Part shown: positions 37,101 through 49,211 of the stretch, piece by piece
How positions within the stretch are numbered: the first letter of the stretch is position 1
Layout: every line of letters begins with the position of its first letter
DNA from: Hyphochytrium catenoides
Taxonomy: Eukaryota; Protista; Hyphochytriomycota
Direction of reading: 5' to 3'
DNA length: 64,000 bases
Assembly: GCA_900088475.1 (NCBI GenBank)
Contig: FLMG01004374.1
Coordinates: forward strand, 124,001 to 188,000
The notes under the pieces: generated by a model
The model's input: only the letters and a program-made list of their open reading frames with translations
The model's database searches: none
What the model was told of the DNA's origin: nothing
Translations under genes and position numbers: made by a program

Positions 37101-39206
37101 TCTGATTAACAGGTACTCGAGCTAAGTACCCTACGTGGGTCATTCGTCCATGGCATGAAGTTCCGCGCACCTTTGACAGAAAGCGAGGAAGATAAGGAGG
37201 GGATGGAGGGCTTGGAAGTTGAAGAGAGCAATCTCAAGCTGCTAATCTCGTCGCTTCCGAAGGGGTTTGTTCGCCCATCCACTGCTCTTTCGTCCAAACA
37301 TGCTTCCTATCTGGACCACATAAGGGAAGCCACTGAGGAGGACGGGAGAGACGTTGACGTAGATGATGAGAACGCAATAATTACTGAGATTAAGCAAGAG
37401 GACAACACGGCTTCCCAACTCCAGGTGGTGGGGAGCCCAGTGAGAGCAGAGCGGAGAGAGAGGCATAAGCCGAACAAAATGGAGGAGGGACGAGGAACAG
37501 AGGATACCCGATATGAAAGTGGGAGGAGTGACGAAGAAGAGGACGAAGGAATGGACGAAGTCTACGAGCTCAGGAGTCTTCCAAAACTCAGCACTTCCGA
37601 GATCAGCCTTCAACCTCCGCCAATCAATGTCATTGTACCTGTGTCTTCTTCCTCAGCGCCTTCGGGGACCACTACGGCCTCTGGACCGTCACTCGATTCG
37701 TTGGAGCCGCTGCAAAGTGATATGGCAGCCGAGAAGGGAAGTGACACGGGGAGCAACCTGATATCTGTTCTGAGGATTACTAGGCCGCCGAGTTATCCTC
37801 GCCCGGCTGAGTTTGGCCCACTTCCCTCACAGACCGCTGTGATAGATACCGTCTCAAGGTCAGAATATCCACTTTTTGAATCTCTCCCTCCTTACTTGGT
37901 GACTCGTGTCCTTCGAACATCATCTGTCCTCTTTTTAACTCCTTTTCTCCTTTCAATCAACCTTATCACCTCTCATGACTTTTATTCACTCAGCCAAGGG
38001 ACAAAGAAGGCGCTACAAGTCCAAATATCTCCTCTTTTGAAGCTAGAGAGCTCTGGCGAAGCTGCAGAGGAGACAGCTAATCAAACAAAAGCTATAGAGA
38101 GCCATCTGAGCAGCGGCATCTCTTCCCTGATTTCTGTAGAAAAAGTCCCATCTCCCATTAGAAAGGAGCAAGAGAAAATGAAGGAAGGCTTAGCGGAAGC
38201 AGCAGATGTAGACGTAGAAACAGGTGCTGGAAAGACTTCCGCCTTCGAAGAAAGAAAGGCTTCCGCTATACCGCGAATTCCTTTCTCCAGGTCAGAGTCT
38301 CTATCCAGTTTGCACAGAGCTAGTAAGCAGAGAGACAGCATTAGTTCCCAAATTGGAACATTTGCGATTGGTGGTGGAGAGACTATTCCGGAAGAAAAGC
38401 CCAGTTCGCCTCTCCCCGCACCACAGGCCGCAAAGGAGACAACTGACAGCATTTCCACTGTCATAGAAGTGCAAGGCAGTACCGTCAAGGTAAGGAGAGC
38501 GGTCCATTGTAAGCAGACGAGGCTATAGATGGGGAGAAGACTTGTGAAACTGGTGGCTTAGGAGGGAAGACAAGATTAAGATGGAAGCCAAAGGCCGTCC
38601 TTAACCGTCATCGTCTACAGAGAGCGGTGCCTCCTAAGAAGGAGCTGACGCTGGCCGAGATTGACGAAAGACTGAAAGAGCTCTTCAAGGATGATCCGAC
38701 GGGAGGACGGCAAAAGAGGTCAGGTCCAAGTGCTAGCCTGCATTCCACTTTCTCTTCAGGGCTTTCCCGTTGCTTCCATCCATGTTATTTTCTCTTCCTG
38801 TCTGTCTCTCTCTCTGTGCATTGCGATGCAGCCTCTCATCCCTCACCAGCACCGGCCAACTGACCTTTGCCAACCAACCTCTGTTCAAAATTTTGGGTCA
38901 GTGCCTGGCAAGGGTTTATAAAACGGGAGCAATCCGAAGCCGAGCGCGCCGCCTATCGCGAGCTCTATCCGCATCTATATAAAGGCGAAGACACATCCAA
39001 AAACGGAGGAAGGGAAGAATGATGTGCAGGACGTTTTGCGCAGACAGGGAGGCACGCACATGATGCCAGGTCAACCCTGTGCTGGCTATCCTATCCAACC
39101 AGCGGCGCAAGACCTAATCGATCTCCTTTCCTTGGGTTTATCTGTACTCGTTATGGCAGCGAAGACGGAGAAAGCTCCTATTTACTCACGTCAGAATACT
39201 TTTTAG
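25160..39206 (+). CDS. Very large multi-exon protein: coiled coil, IQ-like motif, Sfi1-like Trp repeats, ankyrin repeats, coiled coil and long acidic/disordered tail (may be more than one gene)
   Basis: A chain of same-strand exons with GT-AG introns. IQ-like VQKVQSWWRMLKPLRVF; repeated L/F-x2-W motifs (FLVGAWSDY, FFTMWKRW, VIQGWNRY, FYKCWKSWRQY, WGLWTQWRKR, FLTFHRWR); ankyrin TSLHDAA..VNAWNQDGDTPLHLAA..LLQAGADCTLTNACGMTAADMA. Continuity across the N gap cannot be verified. Confidence 0.65.
31488..31541. other. Assembly gap (54 N)
   Basis: Run of N. Confidence 0.99.
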
Positions 39207-39964
39207 GCTAGCCACTGATGAGCAAGCTGCAGCCTTTGCTGCCGGAACTCTCCTACTTATTTATTATGTCAATCCTTAAGTCCATCACATCAGGTCCTCC
39301 CCATACCTCACATGCCCACAGTCTTCTCGTTGTACTTTATTGTTAATGCAAAGAACCTGCTCAAGTCGCAGGACAACTGTTCTCGGCCTCTTGAGGTCAC
39401 TCTGGACTGAGCCCACAGGGTCGGTCAGACGACTAAGGCTAGGTCACTGCCCTGCCATCAGGCTTCTCCCCTATCTTCAGATCTGCCCCGGTCTCAGTCC
39501 CGGTTGCCTTGAGACCTTCCTTATAGAGCCCTGTGCGCTGACCACCATCTCTGGCTTCCCCTGTGGCCCACGGTCCAAGAGATCCCCGCTCGCGCCATCA
39601 GCAGAGAGACGAATCCTCTCGCAAGAACGGTCAGAACCATGACAAAATGGGCGTTAGCGGCTCCTAATGTGTTACCGCCAAAAACCAACTTCCTCCTCCG
39701 TCTTTCTCTTCAACACCCAGCTCTCAATGCCCTTTAACACGCCCTGCTGTGCTGCATCTCTCAGTCTCATTACTGCCTGCATGGCCTGCTCCCGTGTAGA
39801 ACCCGTTCTCCTCCCACTCTATGGCTGCTAATGATGAAAGTCGTAGCGGAGGAGCAGTAGCTGGGTCCTCACTTCTTCTATTAACCTTTCCCAATGAGTG
39901 CCTCTAGGATGTCTGTTGCGTGGCCTTGCCTAGCATGAAAGGCTAGCCCGCCCTTCTTGCCCTA

Positions 39965-42900
39965 ATGGATGTAAAGGAAAATGTCGTCCAGCTGTTGAAC
40001 GATGCCCACCTCGCTGGCCAGACTGAAAAGCTGCAGCTACTAGCGACGGTCAGGGAGATCGCTTTCAATAGGGACCACAGCGTGATTCCTATCATCGCAC
40101 CTGGCGTGGCAGAGCTCAAGGTTGATCAACATGTCAAAGCTCGACTCTTCTGCCTAAACTTCTTTGAGGATATCTTGAGGTCATCGGACTGTGCGGAACC
40201 AGCTGCGAGGAGGGAATATATACGGCTTTTCTTGGATTGTCTTCAATTCCTGCTTCATGATAGCAATGACAACGTTCTCAGGAGAGCCATACATGGCTCA
40301 GGAACAGCAATCTCTGCCCTTGCGGCTGTTGCGCCCTCCATGGCTTCCCAGGGAACCGAGCAAACTATCCAGGGGCTCTGGGTGGCAGCAAGAGATGTTA
40401 AAGCTTTAGCCCTGAGCTTTCTGGATTCCCCCAACTCCAGTCTTCAAGCTGCCGCTGTGAAGCTCTGTCAGACTCTTCTATTGAATCTCACGAATAGCAC
40501 CTTACGCTACTCCACCTCAACCGAAGCGTCAACCTCAGCGGTTGTTGATGAGCAGTTGCCTTCCGTAGATAGTCATCTTGGCTCTCAATCGGACTGCTTC
40601 AGAGTGATGATCACCAAGCTGGATCGGCTGCTGCTTGACACGGGTAGGTCTGTGTTCTTTTGTCTCCCTTCATTCAACTCCGGCTGTTTTCAATGAGGTC
40701 CTGATGGAACGGTGCTATTCTCAAGACACAGGGTCAGATCCTGCTTTCCTCCAATCCTTTCATTAAGTCTTTAGTCTTTGTGCTTCAGGACCGTCTCAGC
40801 GCTTCCTCATGCCACGCCACCAGTCATAATATTCACAAATTTGAACTTTCCTATGCCCTACCGCGCAGACCTTGAGACACAAACCATACAGCAGGTCTTT
40901 CACGCTGTCTGTCTAATAATTATCCAGAAACCTGAGCTCTATGCCATCACTCAAGAGAGCATTGAGAAGTTTATAGCCCAGGTTGTCTCCCATCCCCAAA
41001 GTACGCTCTTCGCTTCCGCACAGCGGACACTCGAGTCAGCGTCAAGACGATTGGTTGGCCGTAGCGCTACTCCACTCCTTCAGCAGGTCCAAAAGCTGTT
41101 CGCAACCTTGCAGAGTCAGTTGTCTGTGGTTGACAAAACAATCGATCGACTACCTCTTCGGACCCTGAGTACTAACTCGAAAGGCGATACTCTTTCGGAG
41201 CAGAGGACGACCAAGCTTTGGTCTCAGGTTCCGACGGGAAAAAAGCGACCCCGAGGAGGTGAAGGTAGGCATGAAGTACGTCTTCTAATCGCATCTCTTT
41301 CTTGATCATGCGTTTCATCTTTCTTGGGCTTCGGAGGGCGCTCATTGCCAGTTGTTTCTCGGTTGAGTAGGTCTTGAAGACGTTACCGTGGGCGTCCAGC
41401 TTACAGAGTATTCAGACAACTTTCAGAGCCTGATGGCTTTGCAGGCGCAGCAGCGTATCATAAAAAAGCACATGAGCATGTCTAACTTCTTTCCTAGAAA
41501 GGAGATATTTCTCAGCAGTGTTCTCTGCAAGCTAGTCGTGCAGAACCACATTGCCTTTAGTCAGACAAAAAATCCAGAGAAGTCAGACTCAATCAACAGC
41601 GTACTGGCACACATCTGTGAGGATTTACCTCTTAGGAAGGAATTGGCTGTGTCACTTCTCTTCGAGATCTATTCCTGGCAGGCCGTCACTGAACTCCGCA
41701 TGCCCGGCACGTCCGAGCAAGTCTATGGAAAGACTCTTCTTCAAATTCTTCAATCCGTCCTTCAGGATGAAGCTGAGGCTGTTGAGAACAGAAAGGCGCT
41801 GCTCTACGTCCTTCAGAAGGCTCCGCAGATCACCAAGGACTGCGTTAGGTTGTTATACAAAGGCATCACAAACCCCACCTACCGGTCTCTGGGTCTCCTA
41901 GCCTTGCGGGATCTTGTGCTACTGCGTCCTGTTTGGCGCTCAGTATGCTGTATTCTAATACTGGAAAGATGTTTTAGCGGAGAAAGGGCAGAGAGAGAAG
42001 CTGCGATCAACTGCGTGTTGAGAAATCTCGTCTCATTGCCCAGTTTGATACCAGCCATAGACACTTTTGCACTCGGCTTCCTCCGACTGTTTGGGATGTC
42101 AAGGCTAGAAGCGTGCCAAGCCATGCTGACAGAATTGGTGCCTGACATGAACGGGCTAACTTCCGCAAGAGTTGGAATTGGTGAAGCAGATAAAACGTTC
42201 AGATTGGAGCTCCCAGAAGCCGCTGTGCTGACTGCGTTAGAACTATCAGAATGGATAGACGAACAAGCAGCGGAGAAGCCAGATGGTAAGGAGGACGCTG
42301 CTTCCAGGCTGGACTTAACTCTGGCCCTATGTGCCCGAAGACCCGAGCTTTTTCAGCGCTTTCTTCAGGTAAATCTTCTCCGTCATACGCGGTAAGGCCA
42401 GGCTCCAAAGTAGGACTGAGTCGATATGCCAGGTGATCACTTCTATTGCAGGCTCAAGATTTACAGAACCTGACGCTCTGCAAGCCGTGAGACCCTTTGC
42501 TCGGATGTTGGCTCTAAGTGATAGCAGGCGGAAGACGGTGCTAAGTGCCGTGGAGCAAGAGTATTCCCCTGGAAATCAAGATATCATAGCAGAGATCATC
42601 TTGGGTATGCTGGAAGTGGAAACGGCACGCGCCAAAGTGGTGAGTTATGGTTTGACTAGTTCTTTTGAATGGAGTTCTATACTATCTACTGAGGTAACTC
42701 CCCTTCTGTTTATTCTCTCTCTCGACTCGCTGCTTCGGTCGGCCGACTCTCTAACCATTTCGCTTCGTACTGGCAGCTTCCTGGCCTTTGCTCACTGTTG
42801 CACTGCAGGTAGAATGGGTAATGACCTTTGTGGGAGTGGATCCTCAGAGAACTAAACTCATGTTCTTAGTTTTGCCTCATATGACCCAAGAACAGGTAGG

Positions 42901-43940
42901 ATATATCTAATAGCTGGTTTTTTTACGCTCTCCCGGCACATTGAGCTCTATTTATTGGTAGCCTAAGTATCCTTATTGTCTGGATCCACTTTCAATTAGC
43001 TCCATCAAGCGATGCCGTTAATCTTCAGACTACCAAAGGACCTAATGGAGCGAGCCATCCTCGCCGCAACGAGAAGCTCGTATTCAACTCCCGGTCAATT
43101 AATCTATCTCATACACATTGTCCAGAACTGTCCCTTAAGAGCTACTGTCTCTGGACTCAATCAATGCTTCGCTATGGAAGATACTTTCGGAAGGTCTCCC
43201 TCTATCTATTTATCTACTCCTGTCTACTGCAGCGCAACAACTCTTTTCTTGGGTGGGGGTAGGCGTAGTAAAACTTAGGTTTTCCCGGGCTGTGGGACTG
43301 CGCTCTCACCATTCGATCGCATGTCAGTATCCTTTAAAATCTGTGTTAGCCCCTAACTAGGCCTTTAACCACCATACGTGCCTGCCTCCTTCAGCGACGC
43401 TTTCAGGGAGGCGATCGAGCTGTTGTCCGTCTTAGAGACCCCTCCTCGCATGATCATACGGACCCTGATTCTTTGCCTCACCCGGTATCCAGTGCTTAAG
43501 GTAAAATTACCTCTCATCCACTAAACCCATTATGACAAGTAAACGGCAAAACTAACGCAGTACCTTTATCTTTGCGCTCCTCTACCTTGTGGGATGGCAG
43601 GGCGTAGTCATCGACGCCTTACGGGCACTGGCGAGCAGAGAAGTATGGCAACAGCGCGAGCTATGGGAAGGCTTCAAGAAGTGTTGTTTGGTAGGTTCAA
43701 TATCAATAAATTCTTTAGCGGAAGTAGCATCTTAATGGCCGAGTCCCAGATACTGGGGCCTTCCTCTTCTGCCACACTCGTCCTTCCAGATCAGCAGAGA
43801 GAACAGATCATGGACCTATTCTCAGAGAACCAGCAGCAAGGTCTTTCTTAAGAGAGCTGGTGCTCACTCAGACGGCAACAAGGTTGACCGGCTACCTAGG
43901 ACTGTGGCTCACGCGTACCAAGGCTCAAAGATGTACCTGA
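39965..43940 (+). CDS. SYMPK: Symplekin / Pta1-like mRNA 3'-end processing scaffold
   Basis: HEAT-like N-terminus (VVQLLNDA..EKLQLLATVREI..D..VKARLFCLNFFED); central SLGLLALRDLVLLRP and ERAEREAAI; C-terminal PPRMIIRTLILCLTRYPVLK..VWQQRELWEGFKKCC, matching the symplekin C-terminal pattern. The last exon is approximate. Confidence 0.82.
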
Positions 43941-44227
43941 AAGGAATCTTGAAAGGACAAATTGACGACGGAAAATTAGGATATCAAGGTAGAAGACGAT
44001 GAGACTTCCTATTGACTTCCTGGCTACCTCCTTCACAAGTACTAGTCCCCGCTAGTGGGCTTTGACCCATGTATATTATTCAAGAGCGGAACCATATAGT
44101 TACTAGGGTAGTAGTCACTGCTAGTGTGCTAAGATTTATAAAGTGAATATGCGGCCCTGAAATAGATATGCAGTTAGAACGCGCATTCAAGAGGTCACAG
44201 GGTGGCTTGCTGCTCCTCAAGCAAAGG

Positions 44228-46061
44228 TCAAGCTGCACCATCCACAGAAGCCGTCTCATGCCTTTTGTCGTCGTCTTCTCCCTCACTGTCTTCTTTGTTG
44301 TTCTCATCGTCATCGTCGTCGTCTTCTTCGGCCTAACGATGACGGTCAGAGACGAACACATCATGGGTCCGACAACGATAGAATCGAACCTTAGTTGGCG
44401 GACCGGGCAATCTGTACATGGTGTCTCGTTCCTCCAGCATTCTTTCTTCAACCAGCTCCTGCACAGCCTCGCCTAGGAGCTAGACGTAGGGAATAGTTGT
44501 CATATCTTCCAGCATCAGAGACTAATTGCCAGGCGAGACAACCTAGGCTTACATGGGATAGCTTCATCATATAGAGGAGGTGGGGAAATTTCCTACGAGC
44601 CAGCTTTATGATCCGTGAAAGCGAAAGCCCACGGCGAGGATTGCCAGCTTCTCGAATTGTTTCTTGGACGATTTCCACGAATTGATTGTGAATATCAGGT
44701 CGCGACGAGCGCAAACCCTTTCCAAGCTTGACAAGGTTCCGCCACTTGTCCTACGACGTTATCTGTGTTAGAGAGTATGCGACCAGCCTATTCGAACTCT
44801 GACAGCAAGGTCATCTGCGTCGACACTTTTGTCCACTTGTATTCCACAATATCCTCCTGACCACGATAGTACTCCCTACCTTCATGTCCACATTCCTCCG
44901 CCCATGCTGCTGAAGCACGGGTCCCAAACTGGGATCATGAAGGATTGCACTCCATTGGCCTTTCCCATAAATTTTCACTCCTTCAACAAGAGCGTGGACT
45001 TCCTCCTCAGTCCAGGCTATACGAGAGCGTGACGGCGAGTCTGCGTCAACAATCTTTCTTGACTTACGTGTCGCCCTAATTTTCAGGATATCAGCCGAGG
45101 AAGACGGAGAAGATAAACTATGCCTTACCTTTTGGATGGGATAGGACCTGACCGCTTATTGGGGCTTCGTCGCTTACGACCGGGTCCCTCCTCCTCATCC
45201 TCTGTTTCTTGGCTGTCATCAGCGTAATTCAGACCCTCATCCTCTTCGTCTCCGTGGGGTTTCTTCGGTGTCTCTTGTGATCTAGGAGATTGTTGAGATG
45301 CTTGTGCCCAGAGATTTCTGCGCTGTCGAATCCTGTCCTGGTCATGCTTCAGCAGCCACCTCCATTTATCCTAGGTCACTGTCATTAGATTCTCACCATC
45401 CAAGAGTAAAAGAGCCTCTATCCAACCTTAAGGTCAATGTTGCTTCTTCTGCCCAACTTTGCGCCGTAATCCTCATCTGCCAGAATCATCCTCCAGTTAC
45501 CTAGTCCATATTCTTCGATTGCATCCAAAAGTGCTTCCACCTCGTCATCATCCCATCGTGTCCGTTGCTGTCTAGATGGGGTAACAGCAGGACTCTCACC
45601 ACCTCTGCTCCTTCGCTTTCGTTGAGTAGGAGTAGAGTACGAAACCTTCTTCGCGGGAGATTGCTTTAAGGGGCTACTATATATAACATTCTTAGGGGTC
45701 TTCTCTCGGCGAGGTATGGGAGACCTGCGTGGTGGACTAAGAGCTGAGAGATCATATTGCTTGGAGAGAATCCGCCATCGGTCCTGGAAACAAACGGCAT
45801 TAGTACTTGCAGGTTTACCTACGCCAGGCAAATGTGGAAAACCCGACTCACTTTAAGCTGAATGTTCGACTTCTCTGCAAGCACGGCGCCGAGCTCTCTA
45901 TCCTTCAGTATGTTTGCCCAACATCCATAACTATCCCCATACTTCTTCCAGCCATGAAGGAGGGCTAAGTCTTCCGCCTTCGTCCACCTCTTTCTCTTGC
46001 GGTGACTATCTTCATCTTCATGAAAGCCCGGTAGACCATCTTTCGAGCCCGTAGTACCCAT
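44228..46061 (-). CDS. Protein with three telobox (TRF-like) Myb domains, a C-terminal linker-histone globular (H15/GH1)-like domain and an acidic tail
   Basis: Myb1 RKRWTKAED..WANILKD..SNIQLK|DRWR; Myb2 RTRWDDDEV..GLGNWRMIL..RSNIDLK|DKWR; Myb3 RIAWTEEEV..GKGQWSAIL..RRNVDMK|DKWRNL; then FVEIVQETIREAGNPRRGLSLSRIIKLARRKFP..LLGEAVQELVEERMLEERDTMYRL. Stop TGA at 44228-44230. A 5' extension to ~46550 is possible. Confidence 0.88.
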
Positions 46062-46811
46062 ACCTCCACAGCGAACGTTAGAACACTATTGCGATCAAAG
46101 TCTCTAAATCTCTTTTCAAGAAAAGGCTTCCTGGCACTAGATGAGCTATTGTGGCTGGAAAATAAGATAGTGACAGAGATTTGAATTTCGGAGATTCTGA
46201 TCACTTTCTTGTACGACCTGTAGAACGGGTTGAATTGTCATTGGACTCTGAAATGGGGAAGAGAAGGGACATTTTGCGGGAAAGCCAGAGCTTCAAGGCT
46301 TTTATGTACAACAACGACGAACCACCGTTACTTGTCGTAGTTCCATGGGTGTATCGTTTGGATTTGTGCCAATTTTTGGGAACAGGGTTTGTCAATTCTA
46401 AGTTTGTTTGAGTAAATACAGGTACTGTACTTGTACTTGTTCCTACTTGTTGGTGCGGCATCGTCCCATCCGTTACTGGGGCCGCCACTTGCAGGACCAG
46501 AAACTAACCGAGTGAGTGGAGGTACGGCTGCACCATTGGCATCATGAAGCGCTGCGTTACCTCGTGGGCCGGGAGCAGAATACGATTCTAATCACCGCAC
46601 TAGCTCAACATGAAGGTGCAGGGCCACTGCGGTGGTCAATCTGTGTACTGCGTCTTTGAGCTTATAGTCCTGCCATCGGCTGCAAGAAAGCCCTGCTTGC
46701 GGCAGTTTGTTATCTACCCTATCCGGCACAGTTCGGAAGAGTCAAATACTCGTGAGGACAATGCTAGTGTGAAGATTTGAAGAAGGAGAGTTGGCTAATC
46801 AGACTTAGGCC

Positions 46812-48760
46812 ATGGCAGACGGTGCCAATCCCACGATGGCTTCAGTGCCAAGTGGTGGAATGGTCAAGCAGGCCCCAGTAGCTATTGAAGATCTCTATGC
46901 GCCTCTGCTACTCGTCGCGCTGACTGGTTACTGCTCGAGCCTCTACCTTGTACATAGAGCTTCTATGACGGTGGCACAATTTGCGTTTGGTATGTCACTG
47001 ATAGCCGTAATCTTTACTTTGGGTGGCCTGGTAGATTATGAGATACCAGATGAGTCACTGCGGCAGCTTCTAGGCTTGGACCCTCGCTTTGCTTATTCAA
47101 GGGTGCTGGAAGGCCAATCTGCACGGATGGCCAATTATGCTGCTAAGCTAGGCCTGCCGTCCGCTGACTCCTTTAGCTTCTTCCTGAGTACTCTACTAGC
47201 AAGCGTTGTGGGCACAGGCGTGGTGCTTACTGTCCTTTTCAAGTGTCCTGCAAATGGAGGCCCAACCGGATGCCTCAATTTACGGCAGAGGCTTCGGTCT
47301 CACAATGCATGCATACAACAAAGACTTGGTTCCTTCTCGTCAACGTACATTGTCTCTTTCGTATCCATTTTCGTCAGCGTTACCTTGAGAATCAATGCAC
47401 GTCTGAGCGGAAGCGCTATTCAGCCGGCGAATGGGTCGCATCACTGGCGGATCGTTATGTCTCCTTCTATAGCCCTAGCTATACATGCAGGAAGTTGCAT
47501 CATGGTGCTGGTATATTTTGTATTAGATCAGGTGAGACTTTGAATGGCCCTTTCACTGCGATATGGCGTGTGAGCTGACCTCTCATTTGCAGAGTACATT
47601 TATAGAACGACAGACCTACACATATATCAATGAGCCCCTACACAAGCAAGGCGGCCTGACGAATGTTGCTAGCAAGAGTGAAAGCGAGAGTTCAGCTAGT
47701 CCCATCAAAAGTGAACTTTGGTCTGACAGTCATTTGCCCAGTATGCGCTTGGCGGGGATGAGCCTCAGAAATATGGTAGGCCCTAATCTACGACCAACGT
47801 TACAATCTGCATATCTGACGGTGTTCTAGCGGCAGGATGCCATCGGAGATACGAATCACCCATCAGGTCAAGGTGGAAGATCTCTAAAAGACAGAAAGCA
47901 AAAATCTTCGTCCTCCAGGAGCTCCAGGTCAAAAACAACTGCCAAGGACAAGCGACAAAAGCTCAACAGAACACCGAGCGGAACCTCTCGATCCGACAAA
48001 GGGCGGACAGTACATAGCGATAGCGAAAAGGACGAAGTCCGTGTACCTTCTCGAAGCCCGAGACAAGGGTCAGGAGGCGCGATGTTCCTGGAAGGCAAAA
48101 TGGGTGACGAACGTATTGATACACCTCGCCAGGGGTTGCGAAGAAGGCTCCCGGGGCCGCCTTTAGAGAAGCATCGCCCTCAGGAAACTGGTGATGTGTC
48201 ACATCTAATTAGCAGTGATAGTGAAGCAGACAGCGGGAAAGAAGGAGGTGGACTCTTACCCCGCTCTTGGGCACAGAGACTTAGCCGCATGTCCATTGGA
48301 AAGTTAAATAAAGCTCCTGTCGTGGAATCAAAGGCTGTGACGGGTAAGTATATCTTTGTGGTTGTCCGAGGGCGAGAGGGGTTGACAGGTCGATATGGCT
48401 CTTTGACTATTAGGTGACGTATCGGCCCTTATTAGCAGCGACAGCTCAGAGGATGATCACAGAGCCCAAACTGCCAAGGTAAGGCAGTTGCCAATGCAAG
48501 ACAGTCAGAGACGCTTTAGGAGCTCCCAAGTTGCCGATTCGCAAGGTACGGGCGGCCTGCAAGACCAAGATTTCACCAAGAAGGTAGCTATCAGCCCTCA
48601 GCTTGAGAGTCAAGCGGCTCGGACCGCCATCGGCCTGCCGGGCAGCCCATGGTCCCGGTATATCGACAGTAGTACTGGAAAGTTTTATTATTACAATCGC
48701 CAGACAGGAGAGTCATCATGGACTGTACCGACCATGGCTACAATAGGCATGTCAATGTAA
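46812..48760 (+). CDS. Multi-pass membrane protein with a disordered cytosolic tail and C-terminal WW domain
   Basis: The hydrophobic exon 46812-47531 splices in phase through exons at ~47593-47775 and ~47830-48342 to a final exon with LPGSPWSRYIDSSTGKFYYYNRQTGESSWTVP (WW domain). Confidence 0.75.
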
Positions 48761-49211
48761 CCTAAGTCGTCTCACTGCAGACTGTCTATCCCACACCTTC
48801 TGACCGCGCTTGTTACTATCTTCACTTCTGAAAGCTTCACATCAGACCCCTCCGTCAAGTACAAGCAGCCCCACCTGCGAATGTGCTTCAAGTGCTCTGC
48901 CACATATGGCTAGTAGTACAGCACTGCGCTGCACTGTCCCTCCCTCTCCCCTGTATTTTTATAAAGTACTCCAGTCTCGTAGCTCTCTTTATTGTAGAGT
49001 TCTATCAGCGCAAAAGCCCCATTCCCTCGGTTGTTAGAGCTTTATAAGTTGTGGGGCCAGAACCTTACTCATAATGGGTAAAAGAAAGAGAGGAAGTAGC
49101 GCTAGTATTCGATTTCTTTACAAAGGTAGTAGGGTCCACCTAGTGGAAGCGCATGGCCAATATGGTGTCTTAAGAGACGACTATGGTATTTGCGTCGTCA
49201 TCAGATCTTCC

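Noticed and set aside
44080-44476. K/T/M-rich ORF (44080-44451, minus) and hydrophobic ORF (44168-44476, plus)
   Set aside because: Alternative-frame and antisense readings of the acidic terminal exon of the Myb gene.
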